From Patescibacteria group bacterium (GTDB lineage Bacteria; Patescibacteriota; Patescibacteriia; UBA11705; DATKZF01), in assembly GCA_049319825.1 (NCBI GenBank), contig JBMORT010000002.1, positions 114,002 to 178,001 on the forward strand: 64,000 nucleotides of DNA. The letters are read 5' to 3'. A model generated the notes under the pieces. The model did no database searches, was not told where the DNA came from, and worked only from the letters and a program-made list of their open reading frames with translations. This document shows positions 9,725 to 22,127 of the stretch, piece by piece. A program made the position numbers and the translations under genes. The stretch's first letter is position 1. Each line of letters opens with the position of its first letter.

Positions 9725-11938
9725 CTAGTCTTTATACCATCTCATTGACAGCGAATTTGACACCACACTCACCGAAGAGAACGCCATGGCCGCGGCGGCA
9801 ATGGCCGGGCTGAGCAGCCAGCCGGTCAATGGATATAAGATACCGGCGGCGATAGGAATGCCGACAGCGTTATAGAAGAATGCCCAGAAGAGATTTTGTT
9901 TGATTTTTTTAAGTGTGAATTTGCTTAATTCAATTGCTCGGCTGACATCCAGCAGATCGCTTTTAACCAAGATGATCTCTCCTGTTTCCAGGGCGACGTC
10001 AGTGCCGGCGCCGATGGCGATTCCTAGATTTGCTTGAGCTAATGCTGGCGCGTCATTGATGCCATCGCCGACCATGGCCACGATTCGGCCTTCGGCTTGA
10101 AGTTCTTTTATCTTTTCGGACTTTTCGGGCGGCAAGACTTCGGCCAGAACTTCTTTTATGCCGAGTTGCTCGGCAATGGCCTTTGCCACTCGCTCATTAT
10201 CTCCGGTAATCATAATGACTTTTACCTTGGTCGATTTTAGTTTGGCAACGGCATCCCGGGCATTGTCTTTTACGGTGTCGGCAATCGCGATCAGGCCGAT
10301 GATTGATTGGTCAATCGCGACAAGAATCGAGGTTTTGCCTGCGCTGGTCAGCTCATCGATTTTAGCGTCGGCTCTTTCGATATTAATTTTGTTCTCGGAC
10401 ATTAATTTTTTCGTGCCGATAAGAATTTTTTGGCCATTGATTTGGCCGCTCACGCCTTGTCCGGCCAGTTCATTGAAATCAATCGTTTTCATTAGCGCTA
10501 AATTTTTTTCTTTGGCCGCTTGCACCACCGCGTTTGCCAGTGGGTGAGTGGAATTGTGCTCGATCGAGGCCGCGACTTTTAACAAATCATTTTTATCACC
10601 CGATAAAGCAATGATGTCCACCACTTTTGGCTCGCCCTTGGTCAGAGTGCCGGTTTTATCGAAAACAATGGTATTAATTTTTCGGGCGATTTCAAGAGCC
10701 TTTGAAGTTTTAATCAAAATGCCGCGCTTGGACGCCAAGCCTGACCCCATCATTACGGCTGTGGGCGTGGCTAAGCCGAGCGCGCACGGGCAGGCGATGA
10801 TCAGCACGGAAATAAATGTTGTCAAAGACAGTATTAAATCATTTCTAAATACCAGCCATGAAATAAAGGACAGCGCCGCAATTCCCAGCACGGCGGGCAC
10901 GAAATATAAAGAGATTTTATCTGCTAAAAGTTGTATTGGCGCTTTTGAAGAAAGTGCTTCTTCGACTATTTTTATAATTTGCGATAGCATGGTGTCGCTG
11001 CCGACCTTTGTGGCTTTGATTTTCAGTATGCCGGAAACATTAATGGTGGCACCGATGACCGTGTCGCCTTCTTTTTTACCCAGCGGAATGCTTTCACCAG
11101 TAATGGCTTTTTCGTCGATGCTTGAATGGCCTTCGATAATCACGCCGTCTGTCGGAATTTTTTGACCCGGTTTGACGATTAAGATGTCATTGCGGTTGAT
11201 CTGGTCGATCGGCACTCGAATTTCTATGCCATTTTCTAAAACAGTGGCTTCCTTGGCGGCAATGCCGATCAGACTCCTGACCGCTTCGCCGGCTTTGCCT
11301 TTTGTTTTCTCTTCCAAATATTCTCCCAATATAATAAAGGTTAGAATGAAAATAGAGCTCTCAAAATACAAATGAAAAGGTAAGCTCCCAACATTGAATA
11401 TTTTTAAAGAAAGCGCAGCGATACTGTAAAAGTAAGCGGCGGCTGTTCCCAAAAATATCAGTGAATCCATTCCCGGCCTGAGTTTGATCAAGCCTTTTAC
11501 TCCCATTTTCCAAATTGAGAAATTGGTTAATATCACAGCAGAGGCCAGGCCGAGCTGAAGCATATAATTGAAATTTTCTGGAATTTTTTCGATCGGCAAG
11601 CCGATCATCGGCCCCATTGAAAAGATGATTATCGGGATCGCCAGTAAAAGTGATATGATAAAGCGCGTTTTCAGGTTTCGGCCGCCGTGCCCGTGTTCAT
11701 GGCCGGCTGATAGAATCTGCGCTTCGCGGGCGCTGTACCCAAGCTCGGTAATTTTATGTTTGATCTCCTCTAGGGATATTTGGGCCGGGTCAAACTCCAC
11801 TGCCGCTTTTTCAGTGGCGAAGTTGATCGAAGCATTGGCAATGCCTGTGGTTTTCCGAAGCGCGCTTTCAATATTAACCACGCAACTTTGGCAATGCATG
11901 CCCGATATGGAGAGAGATTTTTTTTCCAAATGATTCAT
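9725..11938 (-). CDS. copA: Cu(+)-exporting P1B-type ATPase
   Basis: GMHCQSC HMA domain, CPCALG, DKTGTLT, GDGINDAP, YN and MAFSS copper-type motifs. Confidence 0.96.
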   Translation of the reverse strand: MNHLEKKSLSISGMHCQSCVVNIESALRKTTGIANASINFATEKAAVEFDPAQISLEEIKHKITELGYSAREAQILSAGHEHGHGGRNLKTRFIISLLLAIPIIIFSMGPMIGLPIEKIPENFNYMLQLGLASAVILTNFSIWKMGVKGLIKLRPGMDSLIFLGTAAAYFYSIAALSLKIFNVGSLPFHLYFESSIFILTFIILGEYLEEKTKGKAGEAVRSLIGIAAKEATVLENGIEIRVPIDQINRNDILIVKPGQKIPTDGVIIEGHSSIDEKAITGESIPLGKKEGDTVIGATINVSGILKIKATKVGSDTMLSQIIKIVEEALSSKAPIQLLADKISLYFVPAVLGIAALSFISWLVFRNDLILSLTTFISVLIIACPCALGLATPTAVMMGSGLASKRGILIKTSKALEIARKINTIVFDKTGTLTKGEPKVVDIIALSGDKNDLLKVAASIEHNSTHPLANAVVQAAKEKNLALMKTIDFNELAGQGVSGQINGQKILIGTKKLMSENKINIERADAKIDELTSAGKTSILVAIDQSIIGLIAIADTVKDNARDAVAKLKSTKVKVIMITGDNERVAKAIAEQLGIKEVLAEVLPPEKSEKIKELQAEGRIVAMVGDGINDAPALAQANLGIAIGAGTDVALETGEIILVKSDLLDVSRAIELSKFTLKKIKQNLFWAFFYNAVGIPIAAGILYPLTGWLLSPAIAAAAMAFSSVSVVSNSLSMRWYKD

Positions 11939-12020
11939 ATTATTTTATATTATATCGATCCGGATTTGACATTCGCATCTGCTCGCAAAGCGATATCCGC
12001 CGCGGGCCGAGCAGCCGGCA

Positions 12021-13433
12021 TCATTTGATGGTATTATTTTTGTCAAATTTTTGCGATGATTCTTTGACGTCTTTTTCTGTGACAATGAATTTGCCCCAGA
12101 CCATCCGCATCCGGCAGCTGAATTTTATTTCACCGATTTTAGTCGGAGTGAATTCAATAATATTTTCGCCGTAGCCGAGTTTCTTTCGAACATTATAATC
12201 CGGCATGATGATTTCATCAGTGCAGCCGCTCATTTGCTTGACATTGATCACCCAGCGTACCGGGATTCCGACCTTGATATATAAAATATTCGGAGAATAG
12301 CCGCTGTATGTCAAATCCATATTCACGGTTTGATATTCTTTTACCTCGCCGGTAACCAGGTATTCGGTTTTCGAATAATTGTCTTTGAAAATTCCGCCAA
12401 ATCCCCAACCGAAGTTAGTTAGGCCTCGGTTAAACATTATCACGCCCAGCATGATCACTATCAGCCCGGAATATTTTATCAGCTTGTTGATTTGCGAGCC
12501 TTTGATTTTAGAAACTAAATTGCCGAATACAAACATGATCGGGATTGTTCCTGCAGCAAAGAGTGCCATTGACAGCATACCGGTCCAAAAGCTGCCTGAA
12601 GCCAGCGCGTAAATTTGCATGGCCTGAAGCGGTCCGCAAGGCATAAAGCCGTTAAGCAGTCCGATTATAAACGGACCCTTGGATTTTTTTGATTTGTTTT
12701 GATTAAAAAGGCATTTGACGATTGATCTGGGCATTCGCAATTGCAATTTTTGAAAAATTTTAAAATTTGTGAATAATGAAATACCCATGAACACCATTAA
12801 TATTCCCGCAATAATGGTGACAATTCCAGTAAAAGTCGGATTAATGCCGAAAAATGAGCCGATCCCTCCTAAAATTCCGCCGATAATGGAGTAGGATATG
12901 AGGCGACCCAAATTATAACTAAGATGCCCCAGTTTTTTTGTTTTGGAACTAAGGAGATTTTTATTCATTGTCGCACTATAAGTAATAACCAAGCTCCCGC
13001 ACATTCCAATGCAATGAAACCCAGCTAAAATCCCAATTATAAATATCAGCCAGTAGCTGACCTTTAATTCATTGATCCTGGCCAGCAGCTCGAAAAATCC
13101 TAGTTTTTCAATAAGAAAATATGCCAGAAAAAGTCCGGCAATGAGCGTGAGCGGCCAGACGATTTTTTTTATTTTGCTGTTTGAACAGTTGTCAGAATTT
13201 TTGACCCGACTGCCAGACTTGAGCGCACTTGCGCGATAATTCAATTTTTCGATCGCTCTGACGATTTGATCCACGGAAGCCGCGCTACTGTCATATTCAA
13301 TTTCCGCCAGAGATTTGTTGAAATCCACCTCGGCACCGCTGATGCCTTCCGTCTCCTTGAGCTCGGTTTCGATCAAAGTGGCGCAGCTGGCGCAGTGCAT
13401 GCCCGAAATTTTTAATTTTATTGACCGGAGCAT
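12021..13433 (-). CDS. HMA + TauE/SafE (DsbD_2-like) membrane domain + cupredoxin-like domain protein
   Basis: GMHCASC; HCIGMCG; GFMPCGPLQ; C-terminal 'FTP...IKFSCRMRMVWG'; start set at ATG 13433. Confidence 0.88.
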   Translation of the reverse strand: MLRSIKLKISGMHCASCATLIETELKETEGISGAEVDFNKSLAEIEYDSSAASVDQIVRAIEKLNYRASALKSGSRVKNSDNCSNSKIKKIVWPLTLIAGLFLAYFLIEKLGFFELLARINELKVSYWLIFIIGILAGFHCIGMCGSLVITYSATMNKNLLSSKTKKLGHLSYNLGRLISYSIIGGILGGIGSFFGINPTFTGIVTIIAGILMVFMGISLFTNFKIFQKLQLRMPRSIVKCLFNQNKSKKSKGPFIIGLLNGFMPCGPLQAMQIYALASGSFWTGMLSMALFAAGTIPIMFVFGNLVSKIKGSQINKLIKYSGLIVIMLGVIMFNRGLTNFGWGFGGIFKDNYSKTEYLVTGEVKEYQTVNMDLTYSGYSPNILYIKVGIPVRWVINVKQMSGCTDEIIMPDYNVRKKLGYGENIIEFTPTKIGEIKFSCRMRMVWGKFIVTEKDVKESSQKFDKNNTIK

Positions 13434-13434
13434 A

Positions 13435-13707
13435 TCATTTATTGGACATCTTGCTGACACGCAATATTTCAGCGACCATTTTTTGTTTTTTGGCCTCATT
13501 TTTAGCAGCCATGGCGTCTTTGAAGCAGCTACCGAGGTGGCCCTCCATTAATAATTGATGGGCTGATTTTAAAAGTCCGATTACGGCCAAATTTTGCTGC
13601 ATGATATCAATGCAGTATTTATCAGCTTCCACCATGTCAATAATGTTTTGAATATGGCTTTTGGCTTTTTTGAAATTGACTAAAGCTTTTTCTTTTTGGC
13701 TGGTCAT
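13435..13707 (-). CDS. csoR: Copper-sensing repressor CsoR family
   Basis: 'MVEADKYCIDIMQQNLAV...LMEGHLGSC' C-H-C ligands; heads the copper operon. Confidence 0.92.
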   Translation of the reverse strand: MTSQKEKALVNFKKAKSHIQNIIDMVEADKYCIDIMQQNLAVIGLLKSAHQLLMEGHLGSCFKDAMAAKNEAKKQKMVAEILRVSKMSNK

Positions 13708-13722
13708 AATATTGATAATTAA

Positions 13723-13766
13723 TTATTACCTATACCTATGGTATAGGTAATAAAAAATTAAGTCAA
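13723..13766 (-). promoter_or_regulatory. csoR promoter with overlapping palindromic operator
   Basis: Perfect palindrome TTATTACCTATACC-TAT-GGTATAGGTAATAA (13723-13753) overlapping TTGACT-N17-TACCAT; TACC...GGTA resembles CsoR boxes. Confidence 0.8.
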
Positions 13767-13871
13767 GAGAATTTGTCCACAATAAAGCCATAAAGCGCCC
13801 GCATCCGGTCGGGAAAACGAAGCTTTCGCCTCGGCGCCACCTGTTGTTCACGCCGAATTAAAAAAGCCGAG

Positions 13872-14294
13872 CTAGGTGCGGCTCGACTGTGGCAATTGGG
13901 ATTTGATCCAGATGTGGCCTTCCGCCTGAGTTTGGCATAATCGCAGATAATAAACTTCATTAACGATCACGTCTTTTCCCATCGGTATTGCTTGGCTTAC
14001 CGCTTCGGATGACGGTCGAATTTTCAGTGAGTTTGCTCCATCCATCTTAAAATACATGCCTAATGCTCGCGTCGCCCATCTTCTTGATACGGGAAGCACG
14101 CCGAATTCAAGAGAATGTTCAAGGTGAAAAGGCTCTTTTTTTACATAAGCCAAGTGAGCATCAGCGTGCGCGAAAGCCACCCGTTTCATCAAGGTAGAAT
14201 ATTTTTCACGCAGCGTTAAATCTTTTGGATTATCCATCATTTGCGCGCTGAGAATGCGCAATTCTTGAATCAGCTGATCGTTGTCAGCGGTCAT
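13872..14294 (-). CDS. Hypothetical protein (accessory)
   Basis: AGGAG SD and TTGACA...TAAAAT promoter upstream; 140 aa ORF. Confidence 0.65.
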   Translation of the reverse strand: MTADNDQLIQELRILSAQMMDNPKDLTLREKYSTLMKRVAFAHADAHLAYVKKEPFHLEHSLEFGVLPVSRRWATRALGMYFKMDGANSLKIRPSSEAVSQAIPMGKDVIVNEVYYLRLCQTQAEGHIWIKSQLPQSSRT

Positions 14295-14439
14295 CCAATT
14301 CTCCTTTGCGAAAATGGTATCTTAATTTTATCTTTTCTTCGAAGATATTGTCAATAAAAAACAGCCCTCGCGGGCTGTTCTATGTTTTTTCTGAGGATAT
14401 CGTGCAGCAAATTGAATGTCAGCGTCCCAGCTGTTTCTT

Positions 14440-16125
<1,686 letters not shown>

Positions 16126-16150
16126 TTACGAATGGTTGCGGGTTACATGG

Positions 16151-16210
16151 TTTGAGGTTGAGGTTTTGAAGCTGGAAATTATATTCTAGCCTCTATACCT
16201 CAGACTCAAA
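16151..16210. repeat. Imperfect palindrome in the groES-groEL spacer
   Basis: TTTGAGGTTGAGGT...ACCTCAGACTCAAA. Confidence 0.55.
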
Positions 16211-16212
16211 TA

Positions 16213-16497
16213 TTATTCGATAATCGCCAATATATCCGATTCAGATAACACTAACAGTTCTTGACCGTCGATTTTCACTTCATGCGGGCTGTATTTGGTG
16301 AATAAGACTTTGTCGCCGACTTTGACTTCCATTGACGCGTGCTGGCCGTTGTCCAAGAGCCGTCCGGCGCCGACAGCCACGACTTCGCCTTTTTCCGGTT
16401 TTTCTTTATCAACAGTTTCAGGAATAATAATGCCTGAAGCGGTTTCTTCCTGGGTGATAGGTTTAACGACAATTTTGTCTGTTAAGGGTTTTAGCAT
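16213..16497 (-). CDS. groS: Co-chaperonin GroES
   Basis: [40 protein letters not shown]. Confidence 0.98.
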   Translation of the reverse strand: MLKPLTDKIVVKPITQEETASGIIIPETVDKEKPEKGEVVAVGAGRLLDNGQHASMEVKVGDKVLFTKYSPHEVKIDGQELLVLSESDILAIIE

Positions 16498-16505
16498 ATT
16501 TTTTG

Positions 16506-16877
16506 TGGGTTACAAGACAGTATCAGTTGATACAAGCGATGCAAATATACGAATGCATGCGAATTATACGAATATCCGTAAATTAGTATCATTAGTATTA
16601 ATTCGTATATTAGCATCGAGACTTAGTATTCTGTAACATCTCGTAACAATTAACGATTATTGCATTAAAAATGATTAGTTTATCTTATTTTTTATGGGTT
16701 ACAAGACAGTATCAGTTGATACAAGCGATGCAAATATACGAATGCATGCGAATTATACGAATATCCGTAAATTAGTATCATTAGTATTAATTCGTATATT
16801 AGCATCGAGACTTAGTATTCTGTAACATCTCGTAACAATTAACGATTATTGCATTAAAAATGATTAGTTTATCTTAT
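16506..16877. repeat. Direct tandem duplication (2 x 183 bp identical, 189-bp period) containing nested palindromes
   Basis: 16506-16688 is repeated at 16695-16877; each copy has GTTACAAGA...TCTCGTAAC enclosing GATGCAAATATACGAAT...ATTCGTATATTAGCATC. Confidence 0.95.
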
Positions 16878-17034
16878 AATATTTCGATATCCCGTGTCAA
16901 GGCATGAAAAAAAAAAAAGAACATTTTCCCGTGTTTTTAGTTCCTGGGCTGTTGACTTCCTCGAAAAACAATGTTAATGCTGTTGAAGCGCAACGCGCGG
17001 CAATTGAAGCTAGAGCGACAGGAGGTGAAGCGCC

Positions 17035-17253
17035 ATGAAGCGAATTTACATTTCTTTTTGGCCGGATATCAGGGTGATGCCAACAGACCACGAATTGGAC
17101 CAAGATCCAAAAACAAGCAGCTGGTTTGACGCTGAGGCTTCTCATGGTCTGGCCGATCTGTTTGAATTCTTGCGATATAACCTGGCCGCTCGCGATGCAG
17201 TGAATACGCTGATTATGGAAGCCTATAAATACGGAAGGGTAAAAAAAAGCTGA
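17035..17253 (+). CDS. Small hypothetical protein (accessory)
   Basis: AGGAGGTG SD before ATG; downstream hairpin + T-tract. Confidence 0.6.
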   Translation: MKRIYISFWPDIRVMPTDHELDQDPKTSSWFDAEASHGLADLFEFLRYNLAARDAVNTLIMEAYKYGRVKKS

Positions 17254-17282
17254 ATCAAGCACCCTGAATCAAGGGAGCTTTT

Positions 17283-18632
17283 TTATTTGAGCAAATTATT
17301 TTTTTCGTCAAAAACGAACTTAATGGTCAATGCGGAAACCGCCAAAAGCAAATTGCCGAAATGCAGACTCCAGAGGAAGTGGTCGAAAAAGCAAATTATG
17401 ATCAAGCTGATGATGATTGATAATGAAAAAATTATTTCAATGTTGAACCAGCGGCCTTTGAGGTGTTTTATCATTTTTTTTACGATGAAAAATGCAATTG
17501 CCGAAAACAGCAGGGTTAAAATTATTCCCATTTCAGTCATTGCTAAAACGAAGCCGTTATGAACCGGCTGAAGCTGCCAGACCTGCCAGTCAGGATGAAG
17601 CTTTGAAAGCGCCGTCGTGTAATTGCCCGGACCAGTGCCGATAAATAAGTGTTGCTTAAATATCCGCCAGGTATCCTGATAGCCGGAGATTCTCTCGGTA
17701 ATTGATTTGACTTCCAGTCGTTCTTGCATTTGGAAACGGGTAAAAATCAAATCGGATTTGACAATGGAAAAACCGATGATAACGAGCAGGGTGGCGATCA
17801 CGATTTTATTGATCTGGGATTTATGCTTATTCCAAAAATCCTTTTTCGAAGACCCGATTATTAATATGAAAAGCAGCGAAGCAAAAAGCGCCAGCGCCGC
17901 TCCGCGTGAAAAAGTCACGAGCAAGGCAATGAAGAGAAAAATAAACGAAGCGAGTAAGAATTTTTTTTTCTTTTTATTGGTTTCCTCCAAAAATTGATAA
18001 ATGATAAAAAGCAGAACAATTACCAGGAATCCGGCTAAAATATTGGGATGAGGCAGGGAACCATAGGCGCGCAAAATCCTTTGCCCGCCCGATTCAATCA
18101 CTGACGTGCCTAAAACTTGCGGATCCTGGCCGGCCATGCCCAGCCACTTGCTGGCAATGACCTTTTGAGATAAGAATTGTTCGATCGCCAGAATGCCTTG
18201 AAAAAGTCCTGAGCCGATCAGCGCCCAGCTGAATTTTTTAAAGTTATACAGAAAGAAGATAATCAGTCCGGCCAAGGCCAGCGACTCGATAAATTGAATG
18301 GCTTTGTAAAATGAAAATCCCGGATTGTCGTTAGATGTGATATTGATAATCGCCAGAGCGATCAAAACGGCGGCAGCCATGGAAAAAACGGCCAATTTCT
18401 TCCGGCGGTATCTCTGAATGAAATTTTTAAGATTGAATTTTTGAAAAAAATAAATGATTGCCAGAACCAAAATGACCAGAAAAAGAATTTCTGTACCATA
18501 AAGGCTCCGGGTTTGATATTCCCAAAATTCGTCTTTGTAAGTCGCCGGCCGATACAGCCACCGTGTCTGAATCGGCAAGATAAAAATTAGCAGATAAAAA
18601 AGCCATTCAGCGGCTTTCAATGTTTTGTTCAT
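17283..18632 (-). CDS. O-antigen ligase (Wzy_C) family membrane protein
   Basis: Multi-TM; RAYGSLPHPN, TFSRGA, GTGPGNY, PVHN, FDH motifs. Confidence 0.9.
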   Translation of the reverse strand: MNKTLKAAEWLFYLLIFILPIQTRWLYRPATYKDEFWEYQTRSLYGTEILFLVILVLAIIYFFQKFNLKNFIQRYRRKKLAVFSMAAAVLIALAIINITSNDNPGFSFYKAIQFIESLALAGLIIFFLYNFKKFSWALIGSGLFQGILAIEQFLSQKVIASKWLGMAGQDPQVLGTSVIESGGQRILRAYGSLPHPNILAGFLVIVLLFIIYQFLEETNKKKKKFLLASFIFLFIALLVTFSRGAALALFASLLFILIIGSSKKDFWNKHKSQINKIVIATLLVIIGFSIVKSDLIFTRFQMQERLEVKSITERISGYQDTWRIFKQHLFIGTGPGNYTTALSKLHPDWQVWQLQPVHNGFVLAMTEMGIILTLLFSAIAFFIVKKMIKHLKGRWFNIEIIFSLSIIISLIIICFFDHFLWSLHFGNLLLAVSALTIKFVFDEKNNLLK

Positions 18633-19569
18633 AATGCTTGATCAGGGCTTGATATTTTAATCGCCAGCGTTGGTTGTATTCTTGACGTTTGTCCTGGACA
18701 TGGAGTTTAATTATTTGGTCGGAGAGCATGACATTCGTATTCGGTTCTTTGGCGGCCAGCCTCAGTCGAGTCGGCAAAATTTTTAGCTGATAGTTTTTCA
18801 GCGGTTTGGATAAAAATTTTATAACGCTGCGACACAGTATCTTTTCGCATAATTTTTTTTCGGATATCTCCACTCTCCTTGCTCGGTTCGGTAATTGAGC
18901 AAAGGCATTTGGCAGATATTGTTTTATCCAAAGATTATTATGGAAAATTTGATCAGGATAAACGCTGTAAATCGGCAAAAATTGAGACAACCAAACTATA
19001 AAGTGGATATCCGGACATTCGCTTTGGCACTCTTCAAGATTCAAGCCGTCTTCGGAAAGGTAAAAGCTCAGGCAGATTTTATTTTTAAGATTGTCCTCGG
19101 TGGGACGTTTTTTAAAAAGATCGATTAAGAAAACAGCGAGCGAGCGCACCAGCCAAATTGTCCCGGGCCGGCAGATAATCGCCACGTCGATGTCGCTTTC
19201 CTCCCGAGCGTTGCTGTAAGACAGGGAATTGCAGACGCTGACACCGGTCACAAACGGAATTTTGGCCAGCAGCCGAAAATATTTTTTAGCGTTGGCCAGT
19301 TTTTTTCCGGCTAGTAAATAGCGTTGGCGACGAATGTTGATCAAGCTTGACCGATTCAACAAAAAATAAAATCCATGTTGGGATTCTATTTTTTTTCTGA
19401 GCAATGGTGAAGTTTCCAGCGCTTGTTTGACCGACGCATAACCGGCTTTTAGCTGCGCGCCCTTGGGGGAAATCAAGTATTTGTAAACCTCAAAACTTGT
19501 CAGCGGGTAATTGAATATATCGAAATATATAATCGTGGCCAAAATTGATTTTTCCAGTGGCGAGAGCAT
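18607..19569 (-). CDS. Conserved CPR nucleotidyltransferase-like protein
   Basis: 'YFDIFNYPLT..E', 'SLSYSNAREESDIDV' NTase-like motif. Confidence 0.75.
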   Translation of the reverse strand: MLSPLEKSILATIIYFDIFNYPLTSFEVYKYLISPKGAQLKAGYASVKQALETSPLLRKKIESQHGFYFLLNRSSLINIRRQRYLLAGKKLANAKKYFRLLAKIPFVTGVSVCNSLSYSNAREESDIDVAIICRPGTIWLVRSLAVFLIDLFKKRPTEDNLKNKICLSFYLSEDGLNLEECQSECPDIHFIVWLSQFLPIYSVYPDQIFHNNLWIKQYLPNAFAQLPNRARRVEISEKKLCEKILCRSVIKFLSKPLKNYQLKILPTRLRLAAKEPNTNVMLSDQIIKLHVQDKRQEYNQRWRLKYQALIKHYEQNIESR

Positions 19570-19639
19570 ACTTATGGAAAATAAAATAAAAAGGTAACAG
19601 TGAACAAAAACTTTTTAATCTTGATTTTAATCTCGTCGA

Positions 19640-20395
19640 TTAAGCCGCTTCGATTGGTTTATTTTCCGCGCTGTCGTTTTTATCCGATTTTTTTTTGAAG
19701 AAAATCAGTTGCTGTAGAGCGGTTAAAATTGTGGTGACGAACCAATAAAGCGCCAGGCCGCCCGGTAGCTGTAGGCCGATCAAAAACGTGATAATCGGCA
19801 TGAAATATTTCATTGATTTATTCAATCCGGAAAGCATGGCCTCGTCTTTTGAGCCGGAGTCGACTTTCTGGGGGGTTGGACCGGTCGGCAGCATTTTTGT
19901 CTGAATGAATTGAGCGACGGCCGCTAAACCGGCCAAAACAGTGCTGGGTACGGCGAGGTCAATGATACCAAAAGATATAGAATTGATATGTCCGGGATTT
20001 TGGATGAACGAGTAGAGCATGTCTTGGCCACCATTTGTCAGACCGGTTCTGAAAACCTGATAGACGGCGAATAAAAATGGCAGCTGGATCAACAATGGGA
20101 GGCATGAAGATAATGGATTGACTTTTTGCTCTTTATAAAGCTTCATCGTCTCCTCGGTCAATTTTTGCTTATCACCTTTATATTTATTTTTTAAAGCTGT
20201 GAGTTTCGGCTGGAGAGATTGCATCTCCCGCTGTGATTTTATGGCCTGTTGCGACAGCGGCAGCAGTAATATTTTAATAATTACGGTTAGAGCGATTATC
20301 GCCAGACCGATGTCATTGCCGGGAATGACATCATACAGCCAGATGAGCAGATTATAGAGAGGCTGGTATAAGACGGTATTGAATAGTTGAGTCAT
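19640..20395 (-). CDS. yidC: Membrane protein insertase YidC/Oxa1
   Basis: GLAIIALTVIIK, LQPKL, NPLSSCLPLLIQLP, GLALYW. Confidence 0.95.
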   Translation of the reverse strand: MTQLFNTVLYQPLYNLLIWLYDVIPGNDIGLAIIALTVIIKILLLPLSQQAIKSQREMQSLQPKLTALKNKYKGDKQKLTEETMKLYKEQKVNPLSSCLPLLIQLPFLFAVYQVFRTGLTNGGQDMLYSFIQNPGHINSISFGIIDLAVPSTVLAGLAAVAQFIQTKMLPTGPTPQKVDSGSKDEAMLSGLNKSMKYFMPIITFLIGLQLPGGLALYWFVTTILTALQQLIFFKKKSDKNDSAENKPIEAA

Positions 20396-20460
20396 AGTGA
20401 TTTTCCGGAAAATTTATAAACGATATTTTTGGTGAAAAGAGGATAAAGACAGTTAAATAT

Positions 20461-21774
20461 TTATTTTGTTGATTTCTTTTTAGTTTTGTCTTTTTTTTCC
20501 GCCTTGGTTTTTTTCTTCGCCTTTTCCTCTTGCGGTTCAGTTTCGTTGTTTTCCTCGACTTCCTTGGCTGATTGTTCCTGAATTTCTTTCGGTTGTTTCG
20601 GAGACTCCTGCTCGGCTTTGATTTCTTTTCCGGATTCCTGCTCAACAATATTGATCCGCCAACCGGTCAATTTCGACGCCAGCCGGACGTTTTGGCCGTC
20701 TCGGCCGATAGTCAGCGAAAGCTGATCCCCGGGCACAGTGACCTTGGCGGTCATGATTTTTTCATCCAGATTGATCGAGCTGATCTTAGCCGGCAACAGG
20801 GCATTGGCGATGTACTTTGACGGATTATTTTCAAATTTTATGATATCGATTTTTTCACCGTTTAGTTCGCCGATTATTGTCTGAATTCTGGCGCCTTTTT
20901 GGCCGACGCAAGAGCCGATCGGATCGATGCTGTCACTATCGGTGAAAACCGCCACCTTTGACCTTGAGCCGGCTTCTCTGGCAATGCCTTTGATGTCGAT
21001 AATGCCGCTGGCCACTTCCGGAATTTCCAGCTGGAAAAGTTTTTTGACAAAATTTTCCGAATTTCTGGAAACGATAATTTCCGGCCCCTTGGTGGTCAGT
21101 GAGACGGATACCACATAAACCTTGATGCGTTCCCCGATTCGATATCGCTCAGACCGAACTTGTTGATCCGGCGGCATGATAACGGTGACATGGTCGACAT
21201 CAATTAAAAAGTTTGGTCCTTCGCGCTTTTGAATTATGCCGTTGAGCAGCTGGCCTTCTTTTTCTTTAAAGTCCTGATACAGCACATTACGTTCCGCTTC
21301 TCTCAGCCTTTGAATGATCACTTGTTTGGCGGTTTGCGCGGCCATGCGGCCAAAATCGCCGGGCACTTCCAGCTCGGTTTTTAAAATATCGCCGATTTTT
21401 GCCGTTTTCTTTAGTTGCTTCGCCTCTTTTAGCTCCAATTCTGTTTTCGGGTTAAATCTGCGGATTTCTTCATGAAGCGGCATGTCTTCCGGCTTGACTC
21501 CCTGCTCGCGCAGTTCTTCTCTTTCCTTCCTGAGTTCCTCGATCGCCGCCAATTCTTCCTCGGTCAGATCGGCGACCACTTCTTTGATGTCAAAAACCTG
21601 AAATTGACCGGTGTTCATGTCCAGTTCAACTTTTATATTTTGATTCTTGTCGCCATAATCTTTACGGTAGGCGGCCGCGAGCGCCGATTCAATCGTTTCA
21701 ATCACGGACTCTTCTGGAATATTTTTTTCCGCGCAAATTTGTTTAATGGCAATTCTAACTTCGTCTGTCAACAT
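20461..21774 (-). CDS. nusA: Transcription termination/antitermination factor NusA
   Basis: FGRMAAQTAKQVIIQ, AREAGSRSKVAV, IGRDGQNVRLA. Confidence 0.98.
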   Translation of the reverse strand: MLTDEVRIAIKQICAEKNIPEESVIETIESALAAAYRKDYGDKNQNIKVELDMNTGQFQVFDIKEVVADLTEEELAAIEELRKEREELREQGVKPEDMPLHEEIRRFNPKTELELKEAKQLKKTAKIGDILKTELEVPGDFGRMAAQTAKQVIIQRLREAERNVLYQDFKEKEGQLLNGIIQKREGPNFLIDVDHVTVIMPPDQQVRSERYRIGERIKVYVVSVSLTTKGPEIIVSRNSENFVKKLFQLEIPEVASGIIDIKGIAREAGSRSKVAVFTDSDSIDPIGSCVGQKGARIQTIIGELNGEKIDIIKFENNPSKYIANALLPAKISSINLDEKIMTAKVTVPGDQLSLTIGRDGQNVRLASKLTGWRINIVEQESGKEIKAEQESPKQPKEIQEQSAKEVEENNETEPQEEKAKKKTKAEKKDKTKKKSTK

Positions 21775-22024
21775 AATTTTTATAAATTAATCATTTATTA
21801 AAAAAGGCCAGTTTATTCAACTAGCCCGATATATTATGTATATCATAAAATGAGGAACAGTGCAAGCTAGAATCAGCAGGCGATACCGGATAAGTGAAAA
21901 ATCAGGAAAGATAAATTATTGAGTCATTTTGTCATATTGTTGATTATTTCATTTAAATTGTGTCAGATTACAGTCTTGCCAAAAAAAAAGCTTTGTGTTA
22001 AGCTATGCTAAAGTATTAATAATT

Positions 22025-22127
22025 AAGCGGTTTTGTTGCCCAAACAGCCTCGAACTCGATATCCTCGATGCCGGGTCTGCGGGCAAGCCATCAATATGCC
22101 TCTAGCCTGTTGCAGAGCCGCTTTATT
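22025..22127 (+). promoter_or_regulatory. Structured leader upstream of rpsF-ssb-rpsR
   Basis: AAGCGGTTTTG...CAGAGCCGCTT closing stem with inner TTGCCC/GGGCAA stem. Confidence 0.45.

Noticed and set aside
16490-16900. CIRCE element upstream of groES
   Set aside because: TTAGCA matches are partial; there is no TTAGCACTC-N9-GAGTGCTAA.
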